NCBI RefSeq assembly: GCF_000281045.1
Contig: NW_008246165.1
Location: 143,350 to 163,349, forward strand
From: Saprolegnia diclina VS20
Lineage: Eukaryota
Direction of reading: 5' to 3'
Length of the DNA: 20,000 nt
Notes under the pieces: generated by a model
Seen by the model: the letters and a program-made list of their open reading frames with translations, nothing else
Databases searched by the model: none
Told to the model about the DNA's origin: nothing
Shown here: positions 10,731-20,000 of the stretch, piece after piece
Position numbering within the stretch: the stretch's first letter is position 1
Layout: each line of letters opens with the position of its first letter
Made by a program: the position numbers and the translations under genes

Positions 10731-11039
10731 AATACCGTTAAATCAACGCTTCGCATTCAATACAAAAGTTCCCACCAGCTCACCCCGGAAGGGACCTGTT
10801 AAACTATTTTGACCAATGAACGATGAAAAAAGATTCAACATCACCCCACCGCTGGGCGCTGAGCAGCTCGATGCCAGGATGGACCTCCAAAATTAAATCG
10901 CTCGGGCTTTGCAGGACAATAGTGTACACGCTGGCGAGCCCAACGCACCGCGCGGTGTCGTTGGCAGCGGCGTACAAGCGTTAAATTTCCCAAAAATCCC
11001 GACCACAACGCTGACGTTGACACGCATGGCGTACTTCTG

Positions 11040-13123
11040 TCAATAAAAGTTTTCGTCGTCGAGGAGAATGTCGCTGCCGACGGCCATGTCGTCGTCGTCG
11101 ACCACGTCGCCCGCGTCGTTCTCGAGCGCGTCGACTTCGGTCGCGAGCTTCTCGGGGAGCGTGTCGGCGAGCATCATGGCGCTCTTCATGGACGACTGCA
11201 AGAGAAAGTAGCAGAGCAGCGGCAGCGAGTGACACGCCGACGCGATCTGCGCGGCCGCTGCGTTGAGCGCCGGGTGGTTGCGCAGCCGCACGTGCATCGA
11301 GTAGTCCTCCTTGGTCTCGACCTCAATGTGGAAACTCTCGCCCTCCAGCACGTCGCTCGTGAGCTTGAGCGTCATGGACGTCGGCGCCGCGACCTCGACC
11401 TGCATCGCGACTAGACGTTCTCTGCGTCACCCTCCGAAAAGATCGCGTAGCGTACCTTTGGTCATCGCGCCGTTGTCCATCTCGAGGACCTCGTTGCGGC
11501 CAAAGACGTTGCGCGGCCCGAGGAAGCAGCTCGCGAGGATCGACTGGAAGAAGAGGCTGTGGCCGACGACGCCAAAGATGCGCACGAGGCTGTCGGTGGA
11601 CGCTTGCAGCATCTACGACCACCATGGATGGCGCGCCGATCACGAGCAGCAGGTTTACCGGAATAGGAAACGCGTGGAAATGGACGCCACCCGCAATCTC
11701 CTTGGTCACGAGCGCGCAGTCGAGGACGAGGCCCATGTTCTGCGTCGCCGAGAGCACGACGTTGGTGCTGCCCTCGCGCACAAACCGCAGATGTGACTCG
11801 AGCGAGATCGGGAACGCGCTCTTGTCTTCCTTGGTCTTGGTCGCCGACGGCGCCTTGTTGGCGAGCTCCATGAACGCCTTCTCGCGCAGCTCGTCCTGGT
11901 ACCCGAGGATCGTGGCTGCAAGCCGGCGCGACTGGATGCCCGACATGATCAGCGGCGTGTCGCAGAGCACGTGCATGACCACCGAGCTCTTCCACTCGGT
12001 GAAGGTGACGCAGCCGGTCCACTCGCGCCAGCCGCCGCGGTCGGCGCTCGCGTCGCTCACGTCCTCGTCGTGCGACCGCTTGGCGCGCTTCTGCGGCGGC
12101 AGCGCCTCGTCAAAGAGCGGGAAGCACTGGAGCTCGTCCTTGAACGTGATGAGGACGCCGTCGACGCCGCGTGCAATGCTCCATTTCGGCTACCATCCCA
12201 TCGTCAGCGGTCGAGAGTAGGGGTCGAGCGTACCGAGCGCGCGCAGACTTGCTGCAGCATCGCAAACATCTCGTTCTCGAGCTTGTCAAAGTTGGCTAGA
12301 CACTGTCTGAGACGACGAAGAGGAAAGGACGTTGTAGTACTCTGCGGGAACTTGACGGCGAGCTCGGCGCGGTTCACGAGCCGGTACAGCTTGGTCGTGA
12401 ACGGTTGGCTGTCGCCGGCCACGAGCGCCTTGAGGCTCCGGAGGAGGTCTTCGTCGCGCTCCGGAAACTGACTCGATTGCTCTACACCGATTCCTTTGGC
12501 ACGAGGTGAACGATGGTGAAGGGTAGGACCTTTGATGACGGTGACGAGCGTCGTCGACTCAATCTCGCCCTACATACGACAACGTGCAGCTATCGTCGAG
12601 AGGAAGACAGGACGTACGTCGCCGCCCGAGAGGATAATGTCCAGCACAAACGTGTCGCAGTAGATCGAGATGGACGAGTCGTTTGGCTTCAAGACCTGCA
12701 ACAACGGTCGTCAGCGAACGAGCGATCGCGCGACTCTACCTGCAGCTTGACAAGAGGACGGCTGAGCGCGGATGCGATCTTGGATACCTCAAACATGACC
12801 TTGTACGTCCCGACGCGGCCTTCGAGCTCGGCCTCGCGGAGCCCAACCTCGAGCTCCAGCGTGCTCAACGACGAGGCCATGCTACATCGCAAGTGAGATC
12901 GCATACGACGTCGACGCGCGTACATGCTGCGCAAGGTCGCAACGTGGGCTTCGAGCCGCTTCTCGTCCTTCTTGAGCTGAACGTACTGCTGGTTGCGGTT
13001 GTACCATTCGCGGTGCTACGAGGCCGTGACACGACGTCGAGGGCGATGCGTACGTACGACTTTGAGGGCCTCGAGGATGTAGCGGTAGTAGAGGCCGCCC
13101 TTCCACGTCGTGCGCTCGGACGG
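11040..13123 (-). CDS. Mediator subunit 1 (Med1)-like protein, multi-exon, 5' end in gap; exons 13058-13123, 12924-13015, 12740-12881, 12618-12695, 12530-12569, 12234-12481, 11659-12189, 11456-11612, 11040-11410
   Basis: Eight 42-48 nt GT-AG introns join into one phase-consistent 574-aa frame. It contains ISIYCDTFVLDIILSGGDGEI, VLCDTPLIMSGIQSRRL, GVHFHAFPIP..DSLVRIFGVVGHSLFFQSILASCF and AAQIASACHSLPLL, which resemble, in order, the conserved Med1-domain blocks as I recall them. Gene existence is well supported; identity is inferred. Confidence 0.68.
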
Positions 13124-13554
13124 NNNNNNNNNNNNNNNNNNNNNNNNNNNNNNNNNNNNNNNNNNNNNNNNNNNNNNNNNNNNNNNNNNNNNNNNNNNNN
13201 NNNNNNNNNNNNNNNNNNNNNNNNNNNNNNNNNNNNNNNNNNNNNNNNNNNNNNNNNNNNNNNNNNNNNNNNNNNNNNNNNNNNNNNNNNNNNNNNNNNN
13301 NNNNNNNNNNNNNNNNNNNNNNNNNNNNNNNNNNNNNNNNNNNNNNNNNNNNNNNNNNNNNNNNNNNNNNNNNNNNNNNNNNNNNNNNNNNNNNNNNNNN
13401 NNNNNNNNNNNNNNNNNNNNNNNNNNNNNNNNNNNNNNNNNNNNNNNNNNNNNNNNNNNNNNNNNNNNNNNNNNNNNNNNNNNNNNNNNNNNNNNNNNNN
13501 NNNNNNNNNNNNNNNNNNNNNNNNNNNNNNNNNNNNNNNNNNNNNNNNNNNNNN
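13124..13554. other. assembly gap (N run)
   Basis: Run of n characters. Confidence 1.
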
Positions 13555-13712
13555 GCTTCAGAAGGCGCCACCACGGTCCATGGCTCTGGACCCAACGCCT
13601 CGACCTTGGACCGACGAGCGGCTCTTTCAAGACACAACCGTGGCGCCGAGGTCAACCGGTTCAAGACGAAGACATATTCCACAACGAGTTCATAAATTAC
13701 ACACGACAGACA

Positions 13713-15323
13713 CTAATACCGACGATTCTGGTTGTGACCTCGACCACGCTGGCTGTGGTTGTGACCGCCTCGCGGACCATTGGCTTGGCTGCGATGCCCC
13801 GAGACGTCGTACCCGGCGCGCGCCGACTGGTCGACAGCCGCGCGCAAGACGGCGAGCATCGCGTCCGGCGACTGGACCTGGTCGCTGTAGCCCCACGCCT
13901 GCATCAAAATGTTGTAGTTGGTCAGACTCGACTTGATGCGCTTGATGCGGTCTTGGAACGCGCTGAGCACCGCGCTGGGCGGGAGGCCGTAGTGCGCGTC
14001 CATATGTGTACCAAAGTCGGCGCCGCCAAACGTGCGCGACATCTCGATCGCAAACGTGAGCATGCGGTTCGAGGTCTCGCTCGCCGCAAAGAGCCGACCG
14101 AGGCGGTTCGGACACTCGGAGCCAAAGTCGACGCACGCCGCGTCGGCCTGCCGGATCCAGCGCACTTGGCGCGCAAAGTGCTCGCCAAAGAGCGCGGCCT
14201 TTGTGTCAGCATTCGAAAAGTCGTGGTTGCGCGAGCTCGAGAGGCAGATCTTGATGAAGAACTCGCCGAGGTCCGGCACCGCCGCCTTGAGCCGCTGCGA
14301 TGGCGTCCGCACGAACGACGCCACTTGGCTATTGAGCGTCGCCTGCGCGGACGGCATCGCGGCGAGGTACGCTTTCGCAAGGCGCAGCACGTTGGCGTAC
14401 GCGATGATCGCGGCCTCGGACTCGTGCTCGTTGCCCTGCATGACGGCCACGATCTGCGAGTTCATCGCGCGGAGCAGTACGTCCAGATACGACATGGTGC
14501 CGACGGGCGCAAAGACGTTGCGGCCGTGGCGTGCAAAGTGCGACGGGTGCAAGTACAATGGCAGCCAGTCCGTGTAGCTCTGCCCCGTCGGCGTGCGCAG
14601 AGGCACATGTCGCGTCGTCGCAGCGTCCAAAGCTTCGTCAAATGCATCCCGCGACATGATCTCGGGGTAGAGATAGATCTGGATGCGGCGCGGCATCGCG
14701 TCGACCCGCAGTGGGTACCCAAGACGCACGTTGTGCTCGACGAGGTTTTCCATCCGGATCGGACACACCATCTCGCGGCGGACGCGCTCGAGGTGCGGCG
14801 TCAGCGTCTTGATCTCTGACTCAACCTCGTCCGTGTCTTCGAGCTTGATCGTCGCGGGGTCGTGGCCGCAGACGGCGCACGTGTACGCTGCGTCCATGGT
14901 TCGGAGCCGCGCAATGGCCGCGGCCGACGGCATGCTATAGTCGGGGTCGGCCAAGAAGGCTTGCATGTAGATCATGAGCAGCGTCAGGTTGCTGCTGGGC
15001 GTCCAGCCGCCGTACCGAGACGCGCTCTGGTGCATGTACTCGTGGTTGGCAAGCACGTCGACGCAGATGCCGTCCGGAAAAACGTGCGAGTGGTACTCGT
15101 TCGTAAAAGCATAGTCGGGCAGAACGCGCCCGAACGGCGGCGAGTGCGGGTACGACGGCGGGATTTTGAGCTCCCAGTGCACCGAGATGCCGCAAAAGAT
15201 ACCGTCGACGAGGCGCGTGCTCACGTGGAAGATATTGTCGTCGACGTGCGCGATGCTGCAACCCGGCACGGGCGCCTTCAAGTACTGCTGGTAGTGGCGA
15301 AACGCCGTCTTCAAGCCCGACAT
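13713..15323 (-). CDS. ubiquitin-conjugating (E2/UBC)-domain protein with a large uncharacterised C-terminal domain
   Basis: ATG at 15323 (context AACCATG), 536 aa, intronless. UBC features: DDNIFH, GIFCG, LKIPPSYPHSPP, HSHVFPDGICVDVL (catalytic Cys), GWTPSSNLTLLMIYMQAFLADP. Confidence 0.85.
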   Translation of the reverse strand: MSGLKTAFRHYQQYLKAPVPGCSIAHVDDNIFHVSTRLVDGIFCGISVHWELKIPPSYPHSPPFGRVLPDYAFTNEYHSHVFPDGICVDVLANHEYMHQSASRYGGWTPSSNLTLLMIYMQAFLADPDYSMPSAAAIARLRTMDAAYTCAVCGHDPATIKLEDTDEVESEIKTLTPHLERVRREMVCPIRMENLVEHNVRLGYPLRVDAMPRRIQIYLYPEIMSRDAFDEALDAATTRHVPLRTPTGQSYTDWLPLYLHPSHFARHGRNVFAPVGTMSYLDVLLRAMNSQIVAVMQGNEHESEAAIIAYANVLRLAKAYLAAMPSAQATLNSQVASFVRTPSQRLKAAVPDLGEFFIKICLSSSRNHDFSNADTKAALFGEHFARQVRWIRQADAACVDFGSECPNRLGRLFAASETSNRMLTFAIEMSRTFGGADFGTHMDAHYGLPPSAVLSAFQDRIKRIKSSLTNYNILMQAWGYSDQVQSPDAMLAVLRAAVDQSARAGYDVSGHRSQANGPRGGHNHSQRGRGHNQNRRY

Positions 15324-16450
15324 GGTTGAGTGTTGCAAAGTCAATTGCAAAGTGCGTTGGCGAGTATCTGGTGCGATGGTGATTGAGTGCTGGTCTGGAT
15401 CGCTCCGAGTGAAGGTCGCCGACCCAACGACACTTGAGTGGCTGGCAACGACGACCTTCACTAGTGCAGCGCGTCCTACAGTAGAATAATGTATCGCTAA
15501 GATAAAAAAGCATCAAAGAGCAATGTTGCCAACTCGGTCTGCTCTCGGATGACAGAACGGACACCTTGTCTCCAGAGCGTCGTTGCAGGCTGGTTCTTTT
15601 GACGCTCGGGAGGGTATATTTGCACGCTCTAGCGGCCAGATCTACGCAAGGCACACGCAATAGCTCCAAGGCTCCATGAAGCGTCGTCCAACGGTGGAAG
15701 AAACGACTTGATTCCAAGTGCTGCGTTCTGATTGGCTGAAACAGAAATGTGATGCTTGCGGCGCTCGAGGGCTGCCACGTCATGTGCAAACTCGTGTCCG
15801 CGTCGACATGCTCCACATGTGCAGTTTGCTATGCGATGCAATAGAAACGTTGACCAATCTTCGCAATCGAGAGAGACCGGGGCCTATCACGCCAACAGAG
15901 TTGAGAAATCACTGCCTCCATGGACTGCCCCTATTTGGCTGGACCCAATCCAGAGACTCGCACGCCAGGGCTCTCTGCCCATCGATCATGCGGCGCGTAA
16001 CACGTTGGAAACACAGTTGCATCTCATCTTCATCGGTGGGTGTTGCGGTTCTTTGCACTATCTTATTGGTTACGTGGCTCCGACCCCGTGCGGTATCTGT
16101 CGAGAAATTACTGTAGCTACTTTGAAACGATGCTTCAAACAATCGCGTGCGACTTGGTTCCACGCACTGGGCTGTACCGGAACTAAGATCGTGCTCCGTG
16201 CAGGGGCAGATAGCGCACAGGACAACATCATAATGCGATGTCTACAAGCCCAGAGCTCTATAGACAGTGCACCATTGAGCGTTGCCACAAGACCCTGTCA
16301 AGGTGCATGCAGCACATCGATGCGAATCGAGATGCTGACAACGTGCCTGGCCCCGTCCGATCGACATCCTTGGCTACTCGAACGCAGGCTTGCTGAACCG
16401 AGGTCGCATCTCTTGCGGTCAGTCTCTCTCTGGTTATCGACAGAGCGATT

Positions 16451-16466
16451 TCATTCCCACTTTTGC
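16451..16466 (+). promoter_or_regulatory. oomycete INR/FPR-like core promoter element
   Basis: TCATTCCCACTTTTGC 12 nt upstream of the ENT ATG; resembles the TCATTYYNCAWTTT consensus. Confidence 0.55.
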
Positions 16467-16477
16467 TGGCTCGCACG

Positions 16478-17827
16478 ATGGACTCGCCGCCCAAAGACGC
16501 CAAGTTCCTCTCCGTCAACGACTCGGAGGCGACGAAAGACGAGCTCCCGACGCACGTCGTCGAGGCGCTCTCGACGCATCGCCGCTTTCTCTGGTGGTCG
16601 CTCCTCTTCCTCAACGCGTCGTGCCTCTGGGCGTACTACACGTGCTTGTCGGCGCAAAACTACTACCAGTCGCGCTTCGCGTCGACGTCCTTCAACTTTG
16701 CGTTCCTGACGACACCCGTCTCGACGTGGCCCATGTTTGTGGGTCACTTCTTCCAGGTCTTCTTCGGCCTCGACAAGAAGCTCGGCATGTGGACGCGCGT
16801 CCGCCTCGGGTACGCCATCTACATTCTCTGCGCGCTCGCCATCATCCTCCAAGACGCGTGCGACGCGACGCCCGAGACGGGCGCGATCGTCGTCTTGGTC
16901 GCGTTTGGGCTCGTGGGCTTCACCAACTCGCTCTCCGAAGCGGCGTTGTACGCGCTCTCGTCGCTCTTCCCGGACGCAGCCTTCACGAACGCGATTCAAC
17001 TGGGCAACGGCACGTCCGGCTTTATCAACGTGACGCTGAGCACGCTCATTCAGCTCTGCGTCGGCGGCCTGAACCCTGCGCCGGCCGACACGATGCAGAT
17101 CCAAAAGGTCTCGTTCTACATCTTCTTTAGCGTCCTCATCGTCGTGTGCTTTCTGGCCGTGTTTCTCTTTTACAAGCTGCTGCAGCTGCCCGCGGTCGCC
17201 TACTTGATGGAGCTCAACGACGCCGAGACGGCGCGCCGGGAGGCGTCGCGCGAGTCGTTCCCAGTCATGTGGGCGCGTCTCTGGCGCATCTTGACGACGA
17301 TCGCGGTGCCGGTCGCGTGCCAGTTTCTCATTTTCTTGTGCTCGCTCACGGCCTTCCCCGGCATTGGCATCTCGTCGGGCTTCCAGCTCGCGGGTCCCGC
17401 GACGTGGGGCGGCTGGTACATCAACGGCGTCTTGCTCAGCTACAACTACGGCGACTTTGCCGGCCGGATCCTCGCGCCGTGTTTGTACAAGTACTTTACG
17501 CTGTCGTCGTGCTTTGTCTGGTCGATCGCGCGCTGGGGCCTCTTTGTGCTACTCTTGCTCGGGCTCCCGGGCGGCGGCCTCAACCCGCTCTACTGCATGG
17601 CGTCCGCGCACGATTTCAACATCTTTTGGCAGCTCTTTGTCAACTTTCTCCTCGGTCTCTCGACGGGCGTGCTCAGCACCATCACGTTTGGCCTCGGGCC
17701 GCGCCTCGTGGCCCAGGAAGACCGCGAGTCGGCCGGCGCCATCATGTGTCTCGGCCTCTTCCTCGGTATTTCGTCCGGCGCGACCATTGGCTGGCAGTTT
17801 GGCGAACACCACTGGCTCGGCGCCTAG
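16478..17827 (+). CDS. equilibrative nucleoside transporter (ENT/SLC29 family)
   Basis: 449 aa with about 11 TM segments. ENT-type motifs: LWAYYTCLSAQNYY, FTNAIQLGNGTSG, LTAFPG, YNYGDFAGR, LGLSTGVLST, DRESAGAIMCLGLFLGISSG. Confidence 0.9.
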   Translation: MDSPPKDAKFLSVNDSEATKDELPTHVVEALSTHRRFLWWSLLFLNASCLWAYYTCLSAQNYYQSRFASTSFNFAFLTTPVSTWPMFVGHFFQVFFGLDKKLGMWTRVRLGYAIYILCALAIILQDACDATPETGAIVVLVAFGLVGFTNSLSEAALYALSSLFPDAAFTNAIQLGNGTSGFINVTLSTLIQLCVGGLNPAPADTMQIQKVSFYIFFSVLIVVCFLAVFLFYKLLQLPAVAYLMELNDAETARREASRESFPVMWARLWRILTTIAVPVACQFLIFLCSLTAFPGIGISSGFQLAGPATWGGWYINGVLLSYNYGDFAGRILAPCLYKYFTLSSCFVWSIARWGLFVLLLLGLPGGGLNPLYCMASAHDFNIFWQLFVNFLLGLSTGVLSTITFGLGPRLVAQEDRESAGAIMCLGLFLGISSGATIGWQFGEHHWLGA

Positions 17828-18059
17828 TCGACACTCTTGCATAGCACAGGTCACTCAATATACATACGATCTTCGTTGGAACGGATGTACAGGATGCTGC
17901 TTCTGGCAATCTTTAGATTGGGGTTGGGGTTCTCGTGGGAGAGAGACCTACTGGGAGTGTCGCTTGCCCGAGCAGCCTGTCCGATCGCCTCGACCACACG
18001 CCGCTTTCCACACAACACCACTGCAAGCAAGCATCGACATAGAACCCATTATCGACAAG

Positions 18060-19706
18060 TTAGCAGCGGTCGTGGTGGTACAGATCTTGGTAGTCGGTGA
18101 GGAACTTGAGGATGACGCCGTTGGACCAGCCAAAACCAAACTGGAGATCGTACTCGCCGCCCGAGCCGAGGCCGCCGACGACCGACGCGTTGTACTTTTC
18201 GAGCATGTAGCCCGTCTTCTGGAACGCCGAGTGGCCCGTTTGGACCCAGTCGGTCACGATCTTGGACGCAAACGCCGTCGCGTCGGACGAGTTCATGTGC
18301 AAGAGGCCTTCGACGGTAAAGTCAATCTCGGGCGCCCACGCGTTGTAGGCATCCCACTGCTGGCCCGTGTGCGCCGTCGTCGTCTGAATGCCTGCGACGA
18401 GGACGAGACCGGAGGTTTGGAGGCTCGAGAGCACCTTGGCGTTGCGCTTGGCGTCCGAAACGTCGTACGCTTGCGCCCACAGCGGCGTGTAGTCGGAGAT
18501 CGACACGATACTCGAGTGTGTCTTGGTGCTGAGGATGTAGTCCTTCCACGCGCCGCTCACGTCGCTCCAGAGGATCGCGTCAATGGCCGCGCGACGCGCT
18601 TTCGCCGCGGCGTCGAACGTCGATGCCTTTGCGGCGTTGCCAAAGTGGCGGTGCATGACCCCGAGGTTGACCTCAAACTTGTGCATGATCGCGTTGAGGT
18701 CTACGGGTACCACCTGCGTCGTGTAGAGCGACTTCATGGTCTTGCCGTCTTCAAACCAGCGGCTGGAAAAGTCCCAGCCGCTCTCGGCCGCCGCGATAAT
18801 GTTTTGGTAGAGACCCGCGCGACTCGCCTCGGGGACGAGCTTGGCCGTCTCCATGTCTTCGCGGAACGACTCGGGACGCGGCTCCGTGCCGGCTGAGAAG
18901 TACCGGTTGAGTACGTGGGTGGTGCCGTCCGCGGCGTGGACCTCGACGCGGTGCGACGCCGCACCCGTTGCCATCCAGAACGCGTACTCCTTCTCGAGGA
19001 GCGGCAGTGCTTGCTTGAGGAACGCGTCGTCCTTGGTCGCCTCCCAGATGATGCGCACCATGTCCGAGAGGAGTGGCGGCTGGCTGCGGTTGAGGTAGTA
19101 GATGCGGCCGCCGTTGGGCACAAAGCCATAGTCCGCGACAAAGTCGAGGAGGTTCTGCGCGACGCCCTTGGCGGTCTCAGCCATGTCGCTCTTGAGAAGG
19201 CCGTGGATGATCCAGTACGAGTCCCAGTAGTAGCTCTCGCGGAAGCGGCCGCCGGGCACGACGAGGTTGTGCTTGGTCGGGAGGTGCGAGCCGTAGTAGC
19301 CTTCGGGCAGCACGCGCTTGCGGCCGAGGAGCTTCCAGAGCTTGTTGATCTCGAGCGCCCACGCCTTCATCTCGGCGTCTTGGATGGACGCGAGCGGCGC
19401 CGGCGCCTCCTTGAAGTCGGGCAGCGCAATCTCGATGAGGTCGGTCGACGGCTCGTCAAAGTACTTGGCGACAAAGGCCTTGAGAGTCGCGTTCGAGTGG
19501 TCGGGCAGCTGCGTGAACGCGTCGAGGACCGTCTGCGGCGACGCCTTCATGACCATGTCCACAAAGTGCTTGCTGTCGTTGTAGAGCCGCGCGTCTTGGA
19601 TCGTCTCGAGGACCGGGCCCGCGCAGTAAATGTCCTTGGGCTCGGCCGCCGCCGACGCGAGCGCGACCATGGCCGCCGCCGACAACAAGTGCGAAAAGCT
19701 GAGCAT
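18060..19706 (-). CDS. alpha,alpha-trehalase, glycoside hydrolase family 37, with N-terminal signal peptide
   Basis: Trehalase signatures PGGRFRESYYWDSY and QWDAYNAWAP, plus DSKHFVD, NRSQPP, RPESFRED, AAESGWDFSSRW and GGEY..QFGFGWSNG. Hydrophobic N-terminus MLSFSHLLSAAAMVALASA from ATG 19706. Confidence 0.96.
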   Translation of the reverse strand: MLSFSHLLSAAAMVALASAAAEPKDIYCAGPVLETIQDARLYNDSKHFVDMVMKASPQTVLDAFTQLPDHSNATLKAFVAKYFDEPSTDLIEIALPDFKEAPAPLASIQDAEMKAWALEINKLWKLLGRKRVLPEGYYGSHLPTKHNLVVPGGRFRESYYWDSYWIIHGLLKSDMAETAKGVAQNLLDFVADYGFVPNGGRIYYLNRSQPPLLSDMVRIIWEATKDDAFLKQALPLLEKEYAFWMATGAASHRVEVHAADGTTHVLNRYFSAGTEPRPESFREDMETAKLVPEASRAGLYQNIIAAAESGWDFSSRWFEDGKTMKSLYTTQVVPVDLNAIMHKFEVNLGVMHRHFGNAAKASTFDAAAKARRAAIDAILWSDVSGAWKDYILSTKTHSSIVSISDYTPLWAQAYDVSDAKRNAKVLSSLQTSGLVLVAGIQTTTAHTGQQWDAYNAWAPEIDFTVEGLLHMNSSDATAFASKIVTDWVQTGHSAFQKTGYMLEKYNASVVGGLGSGGEYDLQFGFGWSNGVILKFLTDYQDLYHHDRC

Positions 19707-19720
19707 CGTATTCGAGGAGA

Positions 19721-19736
19721 GGAAATGCAAGAATGA
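19721..19736 (-). promoter_or_regulatory. INR/FPR-like core promoter element of the trehalase gene
   Basis: Minus strand reads TCATTCTTGCATTTCC, 15 nt upstream of ATG 19706, which supports that start codon over the longer ORF-track start. Confidence 0.5.
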
Positions 19737-20000
19737 AAAGTCTCCCACCACGAGCACCTACTTGAGCACGACGTTGAAGTTGGGCGCATTGCGTGCATGC
19801 GTCTGCGACGCTTCTACAAATACACCGCGAGGAGCCGGCACCGCTCGTTGCTGGATGCTTTGCAGCTGTTTTCTCCGCGGTCACGGCGCAGCGCCAATCA
19901 AATGCAGCGGCGACCGTTTCGAATGACGTGGCACCTTGAGACGCCGGAACCACATGCTCGCCCACCAGTGAGTCACACGGGATACCCGTGGCTGGATTTT

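Noticed and set aside
9918..11039. Known RNA genes (tRNA, snRNA, RNase MRP, telomerase RNA, TPP riboswitch) or small ORFs
   Set aside because: No diagnostic boxes or template motifs seen by eye; the small ORFs lack the local codon bias.
13110..14819. 569-aa plus-strand ORF
   Set aside because: Spans the N gap and is the antisense shadow of the UBC-fusion gene; no protein-like motifs.
15756..16709. 317-aa plus-strand ORF upstream of and overlapping the ENT
   Set aside because: Arg/Ser/Cys-rich, no coding-like codon bias, and lies in a CCAAT-containing divergent promoter region.
17364..18896. 510-aa plus-strand ORF
   Set aside because: Off-frame overlap of the ENT gene plus antisense of trehalase; typical of high-GC3 DNA.
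1..20000. Prokaryotic systems (CRISPR arrays, operons, IS elements)
   Set aside because: The sequence is intron-containing eukaryotic DNA with no repeat-spacer array or transposase.

Overview
This is a GC-rich eukaryotic window with two assembly gaps (179-553 and 13124-13554). The 41-50 nt GT-AG introns, 'HRTEGCT..AMD.AA' ankyrin repeats and INR/FPR-like promoter motifs point to an oomycete, probably Saprolegniales (inference). In order it holds: the 3' end of an unknown gene, two divergent ankyrin-repeat genes, three tandem SDR dehydrogenases with a shared intron, a degenerate folate-biopterin/MFS-like transporter, and a 1.1 kb gene-free interval rich in CCAAT boxes and hairpins. These are followed by a gene of at least 9 exons that I reconstructed by hand and that resembles Mediator subunit Med1, an E2/UBC protein fused to a large unrecognised domain, an equilibrative nucleoside transporter, and a secreted GH37 trehalase. 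The best leads are the hidden Med1-like gene, a candidate structured non-coding locus (20-bp perfect stem) between convergent genes, the non-canonical E2 fusion, and gain or loss of peroxisomal PTS1 signals among the SDR paralogs. All family calls are from motif recognition by eye; no searches were run.
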